46,628 nucleotides of DNA from Candidatus Rokuibacteriota bacterium. Its GTDB lineage: Bacteria; Methylomirabilota; Methylomirabilia; Rokubacteriales; CSP1-6. The stretch spans positions 1 to 46,628 of the forward strand of contig QHSB01000061.1 in NCBI GenBank assembly GCA_003220335.1, written 5' to 3'. A program made the position numbers and the translations under genes. Positions 44,953 through 46,628 of the stretch are shown piece by piece. Numbering within the stretch: position 1 is the stretch's first letter; each line of letters opens with the position of its first letter. Under the pieces are notes generated by a model. The model searched no databases and had not been told where the DNA came from. It was given only the letters and a program-made list of their open reading frames with translations.

Positions 44953-45936
44953 CTAGCGGCGCGACAGGCGGTAGCGCGTGACGGCGGCGTTGTGCTCCGC
45001 CACGGTCATGGAGAAGTGGTGGCGGCGGTCGTCGCGCGCGACGAAATAGAGGTACTTCACGGGTGCCGGATCGAGGGCGGCCTGGATCGCCTCCAGCCCC
45101 GGACTGGCGATCGGCCCCGGCGGCAGCCCGGAGTGCGCGTAGGTGTTGAACGGGTGGTCGATGGCGAGGTCCGCGCGGCTCAGCGCGCGGCGCTCCTTGG
45201 CGACGGCGTACTGCACGGTGGGATCCGCCTGCAGCGGCATTCCGATCTTCAGCCGGTTCCAGAACACGGCCGAGATGAGGCGCTGTTCGTCCTTGACCAC
45301 CGCCTCGCGCTCGATGATCGAGGCGAGCGTCAGCAGCTGGTGCGTGCTCAGCCCGCGGTCGCGCGCGCGGCCGTGGATCTCCGGCGTGAGCTTCGCGCGC
45401 ATGCGCTGGACCATCTTGCCGAGCATCTCTTCCGGCGTCATGCCACGCACGAACTGATAGGTGTCGGGAAAGAGGTAGCCCTCGACGCTCGGGCCCTCGA
45501 TGCCGCTGGCGTCGAGGAACTTGCGGTCGGCCGCCGCGCGGGCCACCGCCTCCACGCCGGCCAGCCGCTCGGCCTCGAGCGCGCGCGCCAGCTCCGCCAC
45601 CGTCGCGCCCTCGGGATGCAGGATCGCGTGCTGGCGGACGCGGCCGCTCTCGAGCAGCCTGACGATGTCCCACGTGGTGGCATCGGGCACCACCTCGTAC
45701 TCGCCGGCCTTCAGGCTGCGGGGCACGCCGCGCACGACGACCGCCGCCACGAAGGCGAGGCGGCTGCGGATCACCTGCGCCTCGGCCAGGCGGCCGGCGA
45801 TGCCCAGCAGTCCCTCGTGCGGCGGGATGGTGACCACGAGTGGCCCCTGGCGCACCGCGGGCGCAGGGCTGAGGACGAGCCAGGTCAAGCCCGCCACAGA
45901 GAGCAGGAGCACCAGGACGAGCCAGCGCAAGCGCAT
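44953..45936 (-). CDS. mltG: Endolytic transglycosylase MltG (YceG)
   Basis: N-terminal TM, LKAGEY, EGYLFPDTY, LASIIEREA, VFWNRL..GMPLQADPTVQY, GLPPGPIASPG, YLYFVA. Confidence 0.95.
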   Translation of the reverse strand: MRLRWLVLVLLLSVAGLTWLVLSPAPAVRQGPLVVTIPPHEGLLGIAGRLAEAQVIRSRLAFVAAVVVRGVPRSLKAGEYEVVPDATTWDIVRLLESGRVRQHAILHPEGATVAELARALEAERLAGVEAVARAAADRKFLDASGIEGPSVEGYLFPDTYQFVRGMTPEEMLGKMVQRMRAKLTPEIHGRARDRGLSTHQLLTLASIIEREAVVKDEQRLISAVFWNRLKIGMPLQADPTVQYAVAKERRALSRADLAIDHPFNTYAHSGLPPGPIASPGLEAIQAALDPAPVKYLYFVARDDRRHHFSMTVAEHNAAVTRYRLSRR

Positions 45937-45997
45937 GATTCTTCGAGTCTACCGCGAGCGGCGCGTCCGGGACGACATCGCTGGTCCGAGGCGCGTT

Positions 45998-46006
45998 TGG
46001 TATACT
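45998..46006 (+). promoter_or_regulatory. Extended -10 promoter (TGg-TATACT) upstream of the rpoA-like gene
   Basis: TGGTATACT at 45998-46006; GGAGG SD at 46042-46046. Confidence 0.55.
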
Positions 46007-46051
46007 GTCAGGCCTTGGGGTAACGCCCCGCATTCTTCCACGGAGGTTCGC

Positions 46052-46628
46052 ATGCAGGAGCTGCTACTGCCGACACGTCACGACTGGAGCGCGGCCGAGA
46101 ACGCCTACGGCAAGATCGCCATCGACTCGTTCGAGCCGGGGTTCGCGCTCACCGTCGGCATCGCCTATCGTCGCGCGCTGCTGTCGGCCATCCACGGCGC
46201 GGCGCCCACCTGGGTCAAGATCGAGAACGTGCTGCACGAGTTCTCGCACCTGCCCGGCGTGCAGGAAGACACGCTCGATATCATGATGAACCTGCGGAAG
46301 GTTGTCTTCGCGCTCCAGGTGAACCGTCCGAAGATCCTGCGCCTGAAGGCCCAGGGCACGCGCGTGGTCAAGGCGGGCGACTTCGAGCCCGACGCCGACG
46401 TGCAGATCCTGACCCCCGACGTCGTGCTGGCGACGCTCGACAAGGACGGTGTGCTCGAGATGGAGGTCTGCGTCGAGCGCGGGCGCGGGTATCAGTCCGC
46501 CGAGAAGCGCGAGCCCGAGGCGCTGCCGATCAACGCCATCCTGCTCGACGCGGACTTCTCGCCCATCAAGCGCGTCAACTTCCACGTCGATCCCGTGCCG
46601 GGCGCGCAGACGCCGGACGGCGAGCCCC
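46052..46628 (+). CDS. rpoA: RNA polymerase alpha subunit-like protein (divergent paralogue; runs off the window end, so absent from the ORF track)
   Basis: Manual translation: MQELLLP...YGKIAIDSFEPGFALTVGIAYRRALLSAIHGAAPTWVKIENVLHEFSHLPGVQEDTLDIMMNLRK...VVKAGDF...ATLD...GRGY..AE...I.LDADFSPIKRVNFHV, which is the RpoA N-terminal domain. Confidence 0.9.
   Translation, partial: MQELLLPTRHDWSAAENAYGKIAIDSFEPGFALTVGIAYRRALLSAIHGAAPTWVKIENVLHEFSHLPGVQEDTLDIMMNLRKVVFALQVNRPKILRLKAQGTRVVKAGDFEPDADVQILTPDVVLATLDKDGVLEMEVCVERGRGYQSAEKREPEALPINAILLDADFSPIKRVNFHVDPVPGAQTPDGEP

Noticed and set aside
46064-46585. 173-aa minus-strand ORF
   Set aside because: It is the antisense shadow of the plus-strand rpoA-like gene, which the ORF track missed because it has no stop codon in the window.

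Overview
This is a GC-rich bacterial chromosome segment; gene style and order suggest a Ca. Rokubacteria-like organism, but that is a weak inference. From left to right it holds: (1) a decayed IS630 transposase followed by a visibly lower-GC three-gene glycan cassette (572-3079); (2) housekeeping genes (HAD phosphatase, DUF1054, cupin, a frameshifted UDP-sugar epimerase, a Dpp/Opp-type ABC binding protein with two permeases, YjbQ, a methyltransferase); (3) a ~23 kb surface-glycan locus (10983-33769) with PseB/PseC/PseH/PseG-like enzymes, several methyltransferases, GT2/GT4 glycosyltransferases, a decayed ABC exporter, gene remnants, WcaJ, an O-antigen ligase and KdsC; its Rmd/Gmd-like SDR carries a 347-aa intein with a LAGLIDADG endonuclease (27963-29003); (4) a minus-strand run mltG-plsC-argH-FN3 lipoprotein-lysA-dapA-dapB-FAH-folB-folK-ECF sigma-anti-sigma, in which dapB is broken by a 2229-bp inverted duplication and dapA has an internal deletion, both possibly amplification or assembly artefacts; (5) the start of a stand-alone, divergent RNA polymerase alpha (rpoA) paralogue that runs off the window end. 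The strongest findings are the intein in a sugar-nucleotide enzyme, the orphan rpoA paralogue, an unrecognised GT-like family present as one intact and two complementary decayed copies, and a palindromic repeat read in frame at the dapB N-terminus. No rRNA, tRNA or CRISPR array was seen. All assignments are by eye; no database searches were run.
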